A DNA stretch of 64,000 bases from Bdellovibrionales bacterium. Its GTDB lineage: Bacteria; Bdellovibrionota; Bdellovibrionia; Bdellovibrionales; UBA1609. The DNA is taken from contig CBDHDF010000006.1 in assembly GCA_965261545.1 (NCBI GenBank), forward strand, positions 160,001 through 224,000, read 5' to 3'. A program made the translations under genes and the position numbers. Shown one piece after another: positions 42,554 through 53,006 of this stretch; the first letter of the stretch is position 1; each line of letters begins with the position of its first letter. The notes under the pieces are model-generated. The model worked only from the letters and a program-made list of their open reading frames with translations, was not told where the DNA came from and did not search any database.

Positions 42554-43457
42554 AAATATTTTTCTTGGTAAAATCATAATATCATTATTAATCTTTTTGT
42601 TGCTGTCCTACCTAGTAGATTGGCATGCCGTACTCGATTGTTTACAACAGTTGAATCTATTTTGGTTCATCGTTGCATTGCTGGTGTTCTGGTTTGCACA
42701 GTTAATATCTTCACTACGATTTTTCTATATTGTTCGAGCCTTGGGTGGTGATATTCTTTTTTCAAAATCAATCATTGTGCATTTTATAGGCCTTTGGTTT
42801 AATCAGATTTTGCCTGGATCTTTGGGAGGGGATATATTAAAATTTTCTATTCTCATAAGGAACCTTGGGGCTAGCATGAGTCTTCGCGCATGCATCCTTG
42901 ACCGGTTAGCAGGGCTTATTTTTATGAATCTAGCGATTTTCATCACACTTCCACTTTATGCTAGGATCTTGCCCAAACAATGGATGGTTGTGGGGTTGAC
43001 TATTATGTCTAGTATTTTTTTGATGGCCCTTGTTGGGCTATCGTGGAGTTCCACATATTTACGGAAGTATTTTGAAGAAAGCGCCTGGATTTTAAAAATT
43101 ACTCAACTTCTTGCCGATATTTGCTCATTTCGAAGACCCATCTATTTTTTCCATCAATTTTGGACATCAGCAATTGTACATTTTAATGGTATTTTTAGTT
43201 ATGCACTTATGGGTATAGCCCTAAATATTGATATTGATATTCTAAATTTTGTTCTTATTGTACCACTGGTCTTCTTGATAGCCCTTCTTCCTATTTCTTT
43301 TGCGGGATGGGGAACTAGAGAAGTAGGGGCTATATGGTTGTTTGGTTTTATTGATGTGCCGTATGAGGAGGCTTTGTCTATGTCTGTTGCTTTTGGCTTT
43401 TTCCTCATTTTATCAGCACTGCCGGGTTTGGCCTTCACTGTTTTCTATCGGAGATAA
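42531..43457 (+). CDS. Lysylphosphatidylglycerol-synthase-TM family (flippase-like) protein
   Basis: NQILPGSLGGD, LDRLAGL, LPISFAGWGTRE. Confidence 0.85.
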   Translation: MKSIHVSRNIFLGKIIISLLIFLLLSYLVDWHAVLDCLQQLNLFWFIVALLVFWFAQLISSLRFFYIVRALGGDILFSKSIIVHFIGLWFNQILPGSLGGDILKFSILIRNLGASMSLRACILDRLAGLIFMNLAIFITLPLYARILPKQWMVVGLTIMSSIFLMALVGLSWSSTYLRKYFEESAWILKITQLLADICSFRRPIYFFHQFWTSAIVHFNGIFSYALMGIALNIDIDILNFVLIVPLVFLIALLPISFAGWGTREVGAIWLFGFIDVPYEEALSMSVAFGFFLILSALPGLAFTVFYRR

Positions 43458-43461
43458 AAAT

Positions 43462-45621
43462 ATGAATATTTTTTATAAAAATAATCGAGAAAATTTTTGG
43501 TCACTTCTTCTTTTTTCAATGTTATTTCTTATATTTTTTTATCAAGTCGATTATTTTCTTTTTCATTCAAATCTGAATGATGTTTTTCACAATACATGGA
43601 CCTACAATCGTAATTTACAAAATATTCTTTCACTTAAAAATCCTTTAACACCAAATATTTTATTTCCAGATATAAAATCATCTTACTATAGTGAGGTCAG
43701 TCTAGGAGATTCCATAATTTATGGTCTTGTTTTTCTTCCAACGGGGAATGATGTTGCCGGATATGCTTTTCTTTATTTTATTTCGAATGTATTAAGTGCT
43801 TTTTTTGCATTCAAGCTGGCACGTTTTTTCAATGCTTCATTTTTGCTGTCTATAGCATCAGGTATTGTTACGGGTTTTTTTTCATACCGATATTTTCAAT
43901 TTTCACATGTACAATTGTTGTCAATTTTTTGGTTGCTCGCGCCACTTTTTTTTAGCTTTCGTTACTTAGAAACAGGAAAAAAATCTAACTTATTACCCTT
44001 ATTTCTTCTTTTTGTATTGGCAAGCGATGGACCTTCCTATGATTTTGTAACATTAATCATTGTTGCACTAGTTGCCATGGTGACCTTGTTTTCCATGATG
44101 AAAGATTGTATTGCGAGAAAGCGATTTATGATGATTAGCTTCTTAGCTCTGTTGGCTATGCTTGTTAATTCCTGGATCTGGGTTGGCTATTTTGATCTAT
44201 TTATGGACGGACATAGTCGAGTCGCTCATGAATTCTCTGTATTTAAAAATGACCTGATTTATTTCTTTAATCCTCGTTCTATGAGCTATGCAGATATTTT
44301 ACCTTCCTATATGAAATCTCAAAGAAATTATAGGTTTTTTTCTGGCTTTATTGCACTTTTTTTTATTTTGAGTTCTTTTGGAATTTTTATAAGAAGAAAA
44401 CAATTCTTTGAGACAATTTCAGGTAATAAGAGTTATTTCTTAAAAGCTCTATTCTTTTCATCATGTATTTTGTTTTTAATATCTCTTGGTGAAAGGATTA
44501 CACTCTTGGGGCTTCAACTTTTTCCTAACTATTTTTTTATTGTATTAACCAAAACCCCACTTCTTGGCGCGACGCGTTTTATAGCTCATTATGCTTATCC
44601 GGCAATAAGTCTTTTGTCGATAGTCTCAGCTGTGCGACTTACAAGGACGTCTCTTTTTAGTGGAAACAAATCTTTACGAATCGGTCTTATTTTCGTCCTT
44701 TTTATGTTGATAGAGATGTATCCTAATGATCCCGAACACTCAAGTCATCGATCTTTTCCAAAATCTCCTTTGTATGACTTTCTTGGTACACTCAGGCAAG
44801 GTGCAGGTGCTATCTATTTACCCTTCAGTAGGAAGGCGGATGATATTTCTTTTACACGGCAGTTTGAATATATGAGATATGCTCATTCTCATTCTTTATG
44901 GATAGTCAACGGAATTTCAGGGTTCTACCCTCATGAATATAGAAAAGCGACTAAATCTTTTACTAGATTTCCGTCATTTAAATCATATGCATGGATTGCA
45001 CGCAATAATTTAACTTATATCATCTTGGATAAACGGTCTCCTGAATATATCAATGATATAGAATACGATAATATACGGAAATGCAATTTTTTCATTCCAT
45101 TGTACCAAGGTAGAGAATTCGAAGTCTTTGAAATCAAAAATCCATCACTCATTATTAATGAATGTGGTTCCGATATGGTAGAGCCTATAGAATTAGGTAA
45201 AATATATAATTTAAGAAGTGGCTCACTTTATGATCACTCGATTCAAATTATGACAGGTTGGTCTGAACCGGAAGACTGGGGTATTTGGACCGAGAGACCT
45301 AAAGCTCAAATATTAGTTTTTGTGCCTGCTGATACAAGAGCGAAGGGATATTCACTCTACTTCAAGGCACAAGCTTTTGGTAAACAGGGAGAGAGGAAAA
45401 AAGTTGGCGTTTTAGTCAATGATAAATTCATAACGGACATATATTTTACAGCGAGACATAAACAGGAAGAAATGAAAATAAAAATACCACCAAGTATAAT
45501 TCAAAATCGAGAGATTCGTATTGAATTTCTTATATATAATCCTGAATCTCCAGCTGATTTGGGTTTGTCTTCTGATTTGCGTAAATTAGGAATTGGATTG
45601 ATTAGTTTTGGAGTATTTTAA
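43462..45621 (+). CDS. Polytopic membrane glycosyltransferase (GT-C/YfhO-like) with C-terminal beta domain
   Basis: Many TM helices, HVQLL, R and VNGISGFYP motifs; AT-rich. Confidence 0.65.
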   Translation: MNIFYKNNRENFWSLLLFSMLFLIFFYQVDYFLFHSNLNDVFHNTWTYNRNLQNILSLKNPLTPNILFPDIKSSYYSEVSLGDSIIYGLVFLPTGNDVAGYAFLYFISNVLSAFFAFKLARFFNASFLLSIASGIVTGFFSYRYFQFSHVQLLSIFWLLAPLFFSFRYLETGKKSNLLPLFLLFVLASDGPSYDFVTLIIVALVAMVTLFSMMKDCIARKRFMMISFLALLAMLVNSWIWVGYFDLFMDGHSRVAHEFSVFKNDLIYFFNPRSMSYADILPSYMKSQRNYRFFSGFIALFFILSSFGIFIRRKQFFETISGNKSYFLKALFFSSCILFLISLGERITLLGLQLFPNYFFIVLTKTPLLGATRFIAHYAYPAISLLSIVSAVRLTRTSLFSGNKSLRIGLIFVLFMLIEMYPNDPEHSSHRSFPKSPLYDFLGTLRQGAGAIYLPFSRKADDISFTRQFEYMRYAHSHSLWIVNGISGFYPHEYRKATKSFTRFPSFKSYAWIARNNLTYIILDKRSPEYINDIEYDNIRKCNFFIPLYQGREFEVFEIKNPSLIINECGSDMVEPIELGKIYNLRSGSLYDHSIQIMTGWSEPEDWGIWTERPKAQILVFVPADTRAKGYSLYFKAQAFGKQGERKKVGVLVNDKFITDIYFTARHKQEEMKIKIPPSIIQNREIRIEFLIYNPESPADLGLSSDLRKLGIGLISFGVF

Positions 45622-45967
45622 GAAAAAATTTTAGGCTGTCATGAAGCGGAGAAAGATACAGGAGCGACTTAATTCTTCTCCTTTTTGGGCCCTGGATGGG
45701 GGGTGAAAACTACCCAGTTCATTTCCCCGAGATTTTGTTGTGTGCCTTTGAGAGTGAGAATAACAACTTGATGAACGGAAGCTGATGGGCTATAAATTAC
45801 ATGATTTACTTAAAAAAATCCACCTTATTGTAAGGGAAATCCAAAGAAAGGTCATTAATGGTATTATACAATATTTTGATTCTGATCGAAGTATTATGGA
45901 ATAGTTATATAAGCAAAAATAATACTGCGCGCCATAGAGAGACGTCGGAGAGACGGTGCCTTGCGTT

Positions 45968-46753
45968 ATGATGCGAAGTCTCTATCGCTATCGCTATTTT
46001 GTATTGAGTTCCATCAAAAATGATGTCATTCATCGTTACGCGCGTAGTCGACTTGGGATAGTTTGGAACGTACTAAACCCTTTGGCCTTGGTGTTAATAT
46101 ATGCCTTTGTCTTTTCAAATGTTATGCAATCGAAGTTTCCCAATATTGAATCTAAATATGGTTATACTATCTATTTGATATCAGGGCTGATGGGGTGGAA
46201 CTTATTTAGTGAAATTCTTTTGCGAAGTACCACAGTTTTTATTGATAGTGCCAATTTGATAAAAAAGATGAGCTTTCCTATATCGACATTGCCTTTGATT
46301 GTCTTTGGCATTGCCATAATAAATTTCTTTTTTCTGTCATGTGCCATTTTTTTCCTACTTATTTTCTTAGATAATGCATTTTCTTGGTCTATGCTCTGGC
46401 TTGTCCCGGTCACTCTTCTTTTATCTGCATTTTCCCTTTCTTTGGGAACAATTCTGGGGATGTTCAATGTATTTGTGCGTGATATTGGTCAGGCCATCCC
46501 TATAATATTGCAAATGACTTTTTGGGTGACACCTATTGTTTACCCTGTTTCAATTATCCCAGAGTGGTATTCCTCTGTTCTTCGTTACAATCCCATATAT
46601 CTGTTTATTGATAGTTACCATCGTATTATGGCCTTTCAAAAGGCACCTCATTGGGCGAACCTTCTTATTGCTTTTGGTATTACATTGGTTTTAATGATTT
46701 TATGCCTATTCTTATTTCGCCGTGCCAAAGGCGACATTCAGGATGGGATTTAG
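45968..46753 (+). CDS. wzm: O-antigen/glycan ABC exporter permease
   Basis: RYARSRLG..W.VLNPL, RDIGQ, TPIVYP, NP. Confidence 0.9.
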   Translation: MMRSLYRYRYFVLSSIKNDVIHRYARSRLGIVWNVLNPLALVLIYAFVFSNVMQSKFPNIESKYGYTIYLISGLMGWNLFSEILLRSTTVFIDSANLIKKMSFPISTLPLIVFGIAIINFFFLSCAIFFLLIFLDNAFSWSMLWLVPVTLLLSAFSLSLGTILGMFNVFVRDIGQAIPIILQMTFWVTPIVYPVSIIPEWYSSVLRYNPIYLFIDSYHRIMAFQKAPHWANLLIAFGITLVLMILCLFLFRRAKGDIQDGI

Positions 46754-46755
46754 AA

Positions 46756-47973
46756 ATGTTAGAAGTATCGAATCTCAGCAAATCTTATAAAATATCTCAT
46801 TCTCAATGGAAATATTTTGCACATTGGTTTGGATTCAAAAGTAACTCATTCTCAGAGAAGTGTGTGTTGAAAAATGTGAATTTTTCTATGCAAGCGGGGG
46901 AGGCTCTTGGGGTTATTGGCTGTAATGGGGCAGGAAAAAGTACACTTCTACAGATCATTGCTGGCACGATCTTTCCGTCGTCGGGTCACGTACATTATCA
47001 GGGGCATATCGCTGCGATTTTGGAGCTTGGAGTGGGATTTCATTCAGAGCTAACAGGTCGGCAGAACGCCTACCATGTGGCTTCTATGAATGGGTTCTCA
47101 GGTGCAGAGCTTCATAATGCTATCGAGCAGACTTTCGAATTTTCCGAGATTGGAGATTATTTTGATCAACCTGTACGTACATATTCCAGTGGTATGCAAA
47201 TGCGTGTTGCTTTTTCAGTGCTTACGGCGAGACGACCAGATGTTTTACTTGTTGATGAAGCATTTTCTGTAGGTGATGCTTATTTTCAGCATAAAAGCTT
47301 TGATCGGATTCGTGGGCTTCAAAAGGAGGGAACCTGTTTGATTTTGGTTTCCCATGACCGAAATGCAATTGCAAATATTTGCAACCGAGCTTTGCTTCTT
47401 GAAAACGGGAATGTGGCTATGGATGGGAAGCCAGAACAAGTGTTGGACTATTACAATGCAACACTTAGTGAAAGCTCAGTTCATACCATTCAAGCAAAGC
47501 CTCTTAAGGATGGAAATTTTCAAGTAAAATCGGGAACCGGAGAGGCCACACTGACAGAAATTCTTCTTTTTGATAGTTGTGGAAAAAACACTGAAATTCT
47601 TAAGGTGGGGGAAAAGGTTAAGTTGGAGTTGCGAGTGCGAGTTTTTGAGTCTGTTGAGACGTTGGTTTTGGGTTTTGGTATAAAAGATCGTATGGGACAG
47701 GTCTTGTACGGTACAAATACTTGGCATACCAAGCAAATTATTGATAACCCCAAGGTGGGAGACGAATTCATGTTTACCATTGAATTTGAAGCCAACTTTA
47801 ATGTGGGGAACTACTCAGTGCAAACAGCATTAACGGATAGCGAGACTCATTTACATGCCAATTATGAGTGGTTGGATTACGCTTTGGTGTTTGAAGTCAT
47901 CAATACGAACAAGCCATTCTTTACGGGGACGCAATGGAATGATTCAAAGATTGAAATTGAGAAGATCACATAA
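46756..47973 (+). CDS. wzt: O-antigen/glycan ABC exporter ATPase with Wzt C-terminal domain
   Basis: GCNGAGKST, YSSGMQMRVAFS, DEAFSVGD plus C-terminal extension. Confidence 0.92.
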   Translation: MLEVSNLSKSYKISHSQWKYFAHWFGFKSNSFSEKCVLKNVNFSMQAGEALGVIGCNGAGKSTLLQIIAGTIFPSSGHVHYQGHIAAILELGVGFHSELTGRQNAYHVASMNGFSGAELHNAIEQTFEFSEIGDYFDQPVRTYSSGMQMRVAFSVLTARRPDVLLVDEAFSVGDAYFQHKSFDRIRGLQKEGTCLILVSHDRNAIANICNRALLLENGNVAMDGKPEQVLDYYNATLSESSVHTIQAKPLKDGNFQVKSGTGEATLTEILLFDSCGKNTEILKVGEKVKLELRVRVFESVETLVLGFGIKDRMGQVLYGTNTWHTKQIIDNPKVGDEFMFTIEFEANFNVGNYSVQTALTDSETHLHANYEWLDYALVFEVINTNKPFFTGTQWNDSKIEIEKIT

Positions 47974-48029
47974 GGTTCACATGGGACTTAGTAGAAGCTT
48001 CGCTGCATTGAGATGGAGATTCAAATGAA

Positions 48030-49337
48030 ATGAGTAATATATGTGTGGTTGGTCTTGGCTATGTTGGTTTGACGCTGGCGGTGTATCTTGCTCGACAAGG
48101 TCTCCAGGTTCATGGTGTTGAGATATCCAATGAAATTTTGCAATCTCTCAAAAGGAAGAAGGCTCATTTTTATGAGGACCATTTTGACATCCATCTTGAA
48201 AAAGCCATAGACAATGGCCTTTTCACTTACGGTGATCAATACACTGAGAGCCCTGAAAAAACAGTTTATATTATCACTGTGGGGACACCCCTTGGTACGG
48301 ATGGCCTAGTCCATCTCACTTCATTGCAAACTGTCATCGACAACATTGCCAAGGAGCTAAAAGATGATGACATTATTGTTTTACGATCCACAGTCAAGCT
48401 TGGTACCACCCAAGGCATGATCAAAGAAGCCTTGGGTAAGACAGGAAAAACCTACTATCTCGGCTTTTGTCCTGAACGTACCTTAGAAGGTTCTGCTTTT
48501 AAAGAATTGTCGTCATTGCCACAGATTATTTCTGGCATCAATGATGATTCTCTTAAAGAGATTGAAATGTTTTTCAAATCAATTTTCAGGGAAACTGTGG
48601 CTATGAAATCTGTGGAAGAGGCTGAAATGGTGAAACTCCTCAATAACTCTGAACGAGACTTAATGTTTGCTGTTGGCAATGAAGTTGCGCTTATGTGCGA
48701 AGAAAAAGGGCTAGATGCCTATCGCATCATTCAGGCCGCCAACTATCAGTATCCTCGCTCAAATTTAAAAAAACCTGGTCCTGTGGGTGGGCCCTGTCTT
48801 GAGAAAGATCCTTATATCCTTACCGAAGGCTTTAAAAAGGCTTCATATCAGCCGTCTCTTTTTACGGCAGGGCGTAAGGTGAATGAAAGTATTATCCGTG
48901 GTGGTTTGAAACGTTTTTTGGAGCGCAAGGAAGTGCAAGGGAGCATTGTGCCGACGAAGGTTGCTGTATTAGGTTTTGCTTTCAAGGGGATTCCATCGAC
49001 GGGTGATGTCCGTGGCAGTCTTGTTTGTGATGTGGTCAACACGATTAAAAACTACTTTCCTTATGCAAAAATTATAGGACATGACTACTTGGCCACATCG
49101 TATGATATGCGCCGGGCGGGTGCCCTTGAGGGTCTCAACGACTTGAAAAGCGTGTTAAAAGATGCTGATATGGTGATTTTGCAAAATAACCATCCCTTCT
49201 ATAAGCGTGAGGACTGGGCAAATTTGCAACAACTCATGGGTAAAGGGGCGTGGATTTACGATTTTTGGAATCAGTTGGAGGGAGTTGAATTTTTAGATGG
49301 GAGGTTCTATCATGTTTTTGGTAGGGGGAAAGTGTGA
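48030..49337 (+). CDS. Nucleotide-sugar (UDP-Glc/ManNAc-type) dehydrogenase
   Basis: VVGLGYVG, TVGTP, RST, PER, GGPCLEKDP, GFAFKG. Confidence 0.9.
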   Translation: MSNICVVGLGYVGLTLAVYLARQGLQVHGVEISNEILQSLKRKKAHFYEDHFDIHLEKAIDNGLFTYGDQYTESPEKTVYIITVGTPLGTDGLVHLTSLQTVIDNIAKELKDDDIIVLRSTVKLGTTQGMIKEALGKTGKTYYLGFCPERTLEGSAFKELSSLPQIISGINDDSLKEIEMFFKSIFRETVAMKSVEEAEMVKLLNNSERDLMFAVGNEVALMCEEKGLDAYRIIQAANYQYPRSNLKKPGPVGGPCLEKDPYILTEGFKKASYQPSLFTAGRKVNESIIRGGLKRFLERKEVQGSIVPTKVAVLGFAFKGIPSTGDVRGSLVCDVVNTIKNYFPYAKIIGHDYLATSYDMRRAGALEGLNDLKSVLKDADMVILQNNHPFYKREDWANLQQLMGKGAWIYDFWNQLEGVEFLDGRFYHVFGRGKV

Positions 49338-50809
49338 AACATAAAGTCTTAGTTGATATCTCTCTTGCACATATAAGTTCTGGATTTTCTGGTATTCCAC
49401 AAGATGCAAGGTTGTTATTTGGTAATTTGATGAATTCACAGAGATTAGAGTTGGCGGGGCTCATTTATAGTTCTGGGGAGAATATTTTTTATCGCAAATA
49501 CAAAAACGATCTGGCAACAACCTCTGTATTTCTTGGGATTCATTTAAATGGTTATTCGAAGACCTCTGAGAATGGTATAGCTCAGAAGGTTTTTGCGAAG
49601 CTTTCTCCTAGACTCCACCGTTATGTGATGTCCTTCTTATATAGCCTGCCATATAAATTTACACTCAATTCTTTGGATATGGATGCTTTTGGGGATATGA
49701 TTTGGCGTAGCTTTTTTTCTTCAACTTTGGATGTGGCTTTGTCTAAGGAGTTATTCAAGAAAAAAATGTTCTGGTCTGGTATGTCTGCAGTTCGTATTTT
49801 AAATGGCGCTCTTGGAAAATTACCTATTTGCGAACTTGATAGCCGGGGTTTTGATTTTACTTTGCTTCAAGATGTTCGTGCTGTGAAACTCTCACATGAG
49901 ACGCAAAAAATAATTCGATATCATGATGCTTTGCCGGTCTTTGCCTCCGATACCTTTGGTAATGAACTCCATACACTGGGACATATTCATGCCATTAAAA
50001 AGTGTGCTGAAGACTCTATTTTTGTGTGTAATTCCACCAACTCGGTGAATGAACTATCTAGAATTTCTCAAAAAGCTGCCGATAAGGCCCATGTGATTCC
50101 TTGTTTGTTGCCTCCTATGGAAAGAAAAGACGTCACACGCAAGGTTCTGGAGAAAATCTGCCTGATTCGTCGCTCAAGCAGCACTCAGCCCACAAACCAA
50201 GAAACCGACATTCAAAAATGGTTGGGGCAGGGCGAAGATATTCCTCCATTTATCATGAGCCTCGCCACTATTGAGCCACGCAAGAATTATATTGGCTTGA
50301 TTGAGGCTTGGCTAAGACTGCGTTATGAAACAGGTAGGGATATCAAATTGATGATTGTTGGCCGCCCGGGTTGGCTATTTAAAAAAACGTTGAGAGTTAT
50401 GCGGCCACTTGTTAAATCTGGTGACCTCATGCACCTGGAAGGTGTGGCACAATTGGAGCTACCCTATCTTTATTCGGCTGCAAGCTGTTTTGTGTTTCCC
50501 AGTTTTTGTGAGGGTTTTGGTTTGCCACCCAACGAAGCGATGCAATGCGGCTGTCCGGTGACTGTATCTGATATCCCGGCCCATCGTTATTCGGTGGGTG
50601 ATGGGGCTCTTTATTTCAATCCCTACGATCAAAAGGATATGTCCCATAAAATGGGTTTGCTTATGGACAAGCAAAAAAATCAGACATTGATTGATGATTT
50701 TATTGAGAAGGGGTATTCCAATGTGAAGCGTTACTCTGGGGAGGCTGTGTTGCCACAGTGGGAAGGCTTGTTTGACCGGTTTAAAAAAGATAAAGTAGGT
50801 CTTCAGTGA
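49334..50809 (+). CDS. GT4 glycosyltransferase
   Basis: TIEPRKN, EGFGLPPNEAM. Confidence 0.88.
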   Translation: MKHKVLVDISLAHISSGFSGIPQDARLLFGNLMNSQRLELAGLIYSSGENIFYRKYKNDLATTSVFLGIHLNGYSKTSENGIAQKVFAKLSPRLHRYVMSFLYSLPYKFTLNSLDMDAFGDMIWRSFFSSTLDVALSKELFKKKMFWSGMSAVRILNGALGKLPICELDSRGFDFTLLQDVRAVKLSHETQKIIRYHDALPVFASDTFGNELHTLGHIHAIKKCAEDSIFVCNSTNSVNELSRISQKAADKAHVIPCLLPPMERKDVTRKVLEKICLIRRSSSTQPTNQETDIQKWLGQGEDIPPFIMSLATIEPRKNYIGLIEAWLRLRYETGRDIKLMIVGRPGWLFKKTLRVMRPLVKSGDLMHLEGVAQLELPYLYSAASCFVFPSFCEGFGLPPNEAMQCGCPVTVSDIPAHRYSVGDGALYFNPYDQKDMSHKMGLLMDKQKNQTLIDDFIEKGYSNVKRYSGEAVLPQWEGLFDRFKKDKVGLQ

Positions 50810-51786
50810 CGGCATTAAAAATTCTTGTCACGGGGGGGGCTGGTGCCATTGGTTACCAACTCGCAAGGGCTTTGGCCGAGCGTGGTGACGAGGTTATTAT
50901 TGCAGATAATTACATCCGTAGTCAAAGGGACCAAGAGTTGGTGGGCCTTTTGTCAAGGCCCAATGTGTATGAGTTGAACATCGATCTGAGCAATGATGGA
51001 CTTTACGATCAGTTGCCCAGTGATGTGGACTACATCTATCATTTGTGTGCCTTTAACGGCACACAGAATTTTTATGAACATTCCTTTGCCGTGTTGACTC
51101 ATTCCACTTTGCCGACCATCCATTTGTTACGAAAGTATGGAAAGAGCCAAAGACTGAAGCGCTTTATTTATGCAGGAAGCTCAGAAGCCTATGCTTGCAG
51201 TGTTTCTTGCTTCAATTGGGAGATTCCCACCGATGAAACCGTCCCCTTGGGCATTGAAGATCCACTGAACCCGCGTTGGTCTTATGGTGGCTCAAAAATG
51301 CATGGTGAATTGGCCGCTGTGGCTGCCAACAACGAGTTAGGTACGCCTTTTACTATTCTTCGTTATCACAATATTTACGGCCCGCGTATGGGTGACAAAC
51401 ATGTCATCCCAGATTTTATAGTGCGTGCTAAGCAGGGTGTCTATGCCCTTTATGGCTATGAAGATACCCGTTCCTTTCTTTATGTCTCTGATGCTGTGAA
51501 TGCCACCATCGCATGTGCAGAAAGTCAGAAAACCCTTGGCTCCATTGTTCACCTTGGCAGCGATCAAGAGATAAATATACTTGAACTTGGAAAATTGATG
51601 ATGAAAATCATGGGAAAAAATGACGAAATCACTCTCCACCCTTCGCCCCGCGGAAGTGTCAAAAGAAGAGCTCCCAATGTGGGAAAATTAAAAAGTGTTA
51701 TCAGATTTGAACCCAAAATCAGCCTTGAGGAGGGTTTAAAAAAAACAATGGAATTTTATGCACCAGAACTACTGGATCAGAGCTAA
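50806..51786 (+). CDS. NAD-dependent epimerase/dehydratase (extended SDR)
   Basis: TGGAGAIG, YGGSK, NIYGPR. Confidence 0.9.
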   Translation: MTALKILVTGGAGAIGYQLARALAERGDEVIIADNYIRSQRDQELVGLLSRPNVYELNIDLSNDGLYDQLPSDVDYIYHLCAFNGTQNFYEHSFAVLTHSTLPTIHLLRKYGKSQRLKRFIYAGSSEAYACSVSCFNWEIPTDETVPLGIEDPLNPRWSYGGSKMHGELAAVAANNELGTPFTILRYHNIYGPRMGDKHVIPDFIVRAKQGVYALYGYEDTRSFLYVSDAVNATIACAESQKTLGSIVHLGSDQEINILELGKLMMKIMGKNDEITLHPSPRGSVKRRAPNVGKLKSVIRFEPKISLEEGLKKTMEFYAPELLDQS

Positions 51787-51792
51787 AGGGGT

Positions 51793-52914
51793 GTGATGAA
51801 AATTGGACTTTCAACATCCTCCATTGAGAGGGAGCGAAACCATGGAGTCCTTGATGGGATGGGTCATTACACGATTCAATTGATGAAAAATTTGAAGTCC
51901 ATGAATCATGAAGTTGAGGGATTTGCATTTCCTCGGGTTTTTAAAAAAATAAATTTTCAAAACAGTTCTTCTTTTCCTAAATCATTTCCTGAGCATATGC
52001 TTTGGTCTTATTTTCAATTTAAAATGCCTTATGATTTAGGTAGTGATGTAGATATTTTCCACTGTACGGATTACAAGATGATTCCTGTGACCTGTCCTGT
52101 GGTTGCCACTATTTGGGATGCCATTCCCTTTGTACACCCTGAGTGGTTCCCAGGATATCTTAGGAGTCGAATTAGTTCTATTTTTCTCAAGCGCAGTGCA
52201 GAATACGCCAATAGGGTGATAGCGGTTTCCGAACATGCTGCAAAGGACCTCGTCAAATATTTTGGGATTTGCGAAGATCGTATAGAAATCATACCTTGGT
52301 GTATAAGTGACAAATGGCTTTCAAAATATAGTCAAGGGGAGATTGAATCTGTTTGCTCAAGATACAATATTTCTACGGATTATATTTTAACAGTGGGAAC
52401 ACTTCAGCCTAGAAAAAACTTTGGAAGAGTCATTGATGCATTTGTGGCATTACCAGATAAATTGCGTACTAATTTAAAGTTGTTGATCGTCGGAAAATAT
52501 GGCTGGATGAGTGAGGATCTTGTCAAAAAAATTCATGCTTATACAAATTCAGGTGATGTTTTGTGGTTGAAAAATGTAGAAAATGATTGTGATTTACAAT
52601 CATTGTATCAAGGGGCTAGGGCTTTTGTCTTTCCCTCTCTCTACGAAGGCTTTGGAATGCCTGTGTTGGAAGCCTTTGCAAGTGGAGTTCCAGTGATTAC
52701 GAGTAACACCACGTCTATTCCCGAAGTCTGTGGTGATGCGGCTTTACAAGTAGACCCATCTTCCACCAAACAAATTACGGATGCCATTGACTTCATATTG
52801 AAAGATGGGGCTGCCTCCAGAGATTTCGTAAAAAATGGTTATAAGCGGTTAAAGCTTTTCAACGAATATGACATGATGGCTAAAATTGTTGGTCTCTACA
52901 AGAAATTACTGTAG
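51793..52914 (+). CDS. GT4 glycosyltransferase (mannosyltransferase-like)
   Basis: VGTLQPRKN, EGFGMPVLEA. Confidence 0.9.
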   Translation: MMKIGLSTSSIERERNHGVLDGMGHYTIQLMKNLKSMNHEVEGFAFPRVFKKINFQNSSSFPKSFPEHMLWSYFQFKMPYDLGSDVDIFHCTDYKMIPVTCPVVATIWDAIPFVHPEWFPGYLRSRISSIFLKRSAEYANRVIAVSEHAAKDLVKYFGICEDRIEIIPWCISDKWLSKYSQGEIESVCSRYNISTDYILTVGTLQPRKNFGRVIDAFVALPDKLRTNLKLLIVGKYGWMSEDLVKKIHAYTNSGDVLWLKNVENDCDLQSLYQGARAFVFPSLYEGFGMPVLEAFASGVPVITSNTTSIPEVCGDAALQVDPSSTKQITDAIDFILKDGAASRDFVKNGYKRLKLFNEYDMMAKIVGLYKKLL

Positions 52915-53006
52915 TCCATCATAGGATTGAGGCTTTCCTACTGAAACCTAGTGGGCATAGTCTGAAAAGTTATAATAATCTGATCAGTTATAGAAGTTCT
53001 ATATTT

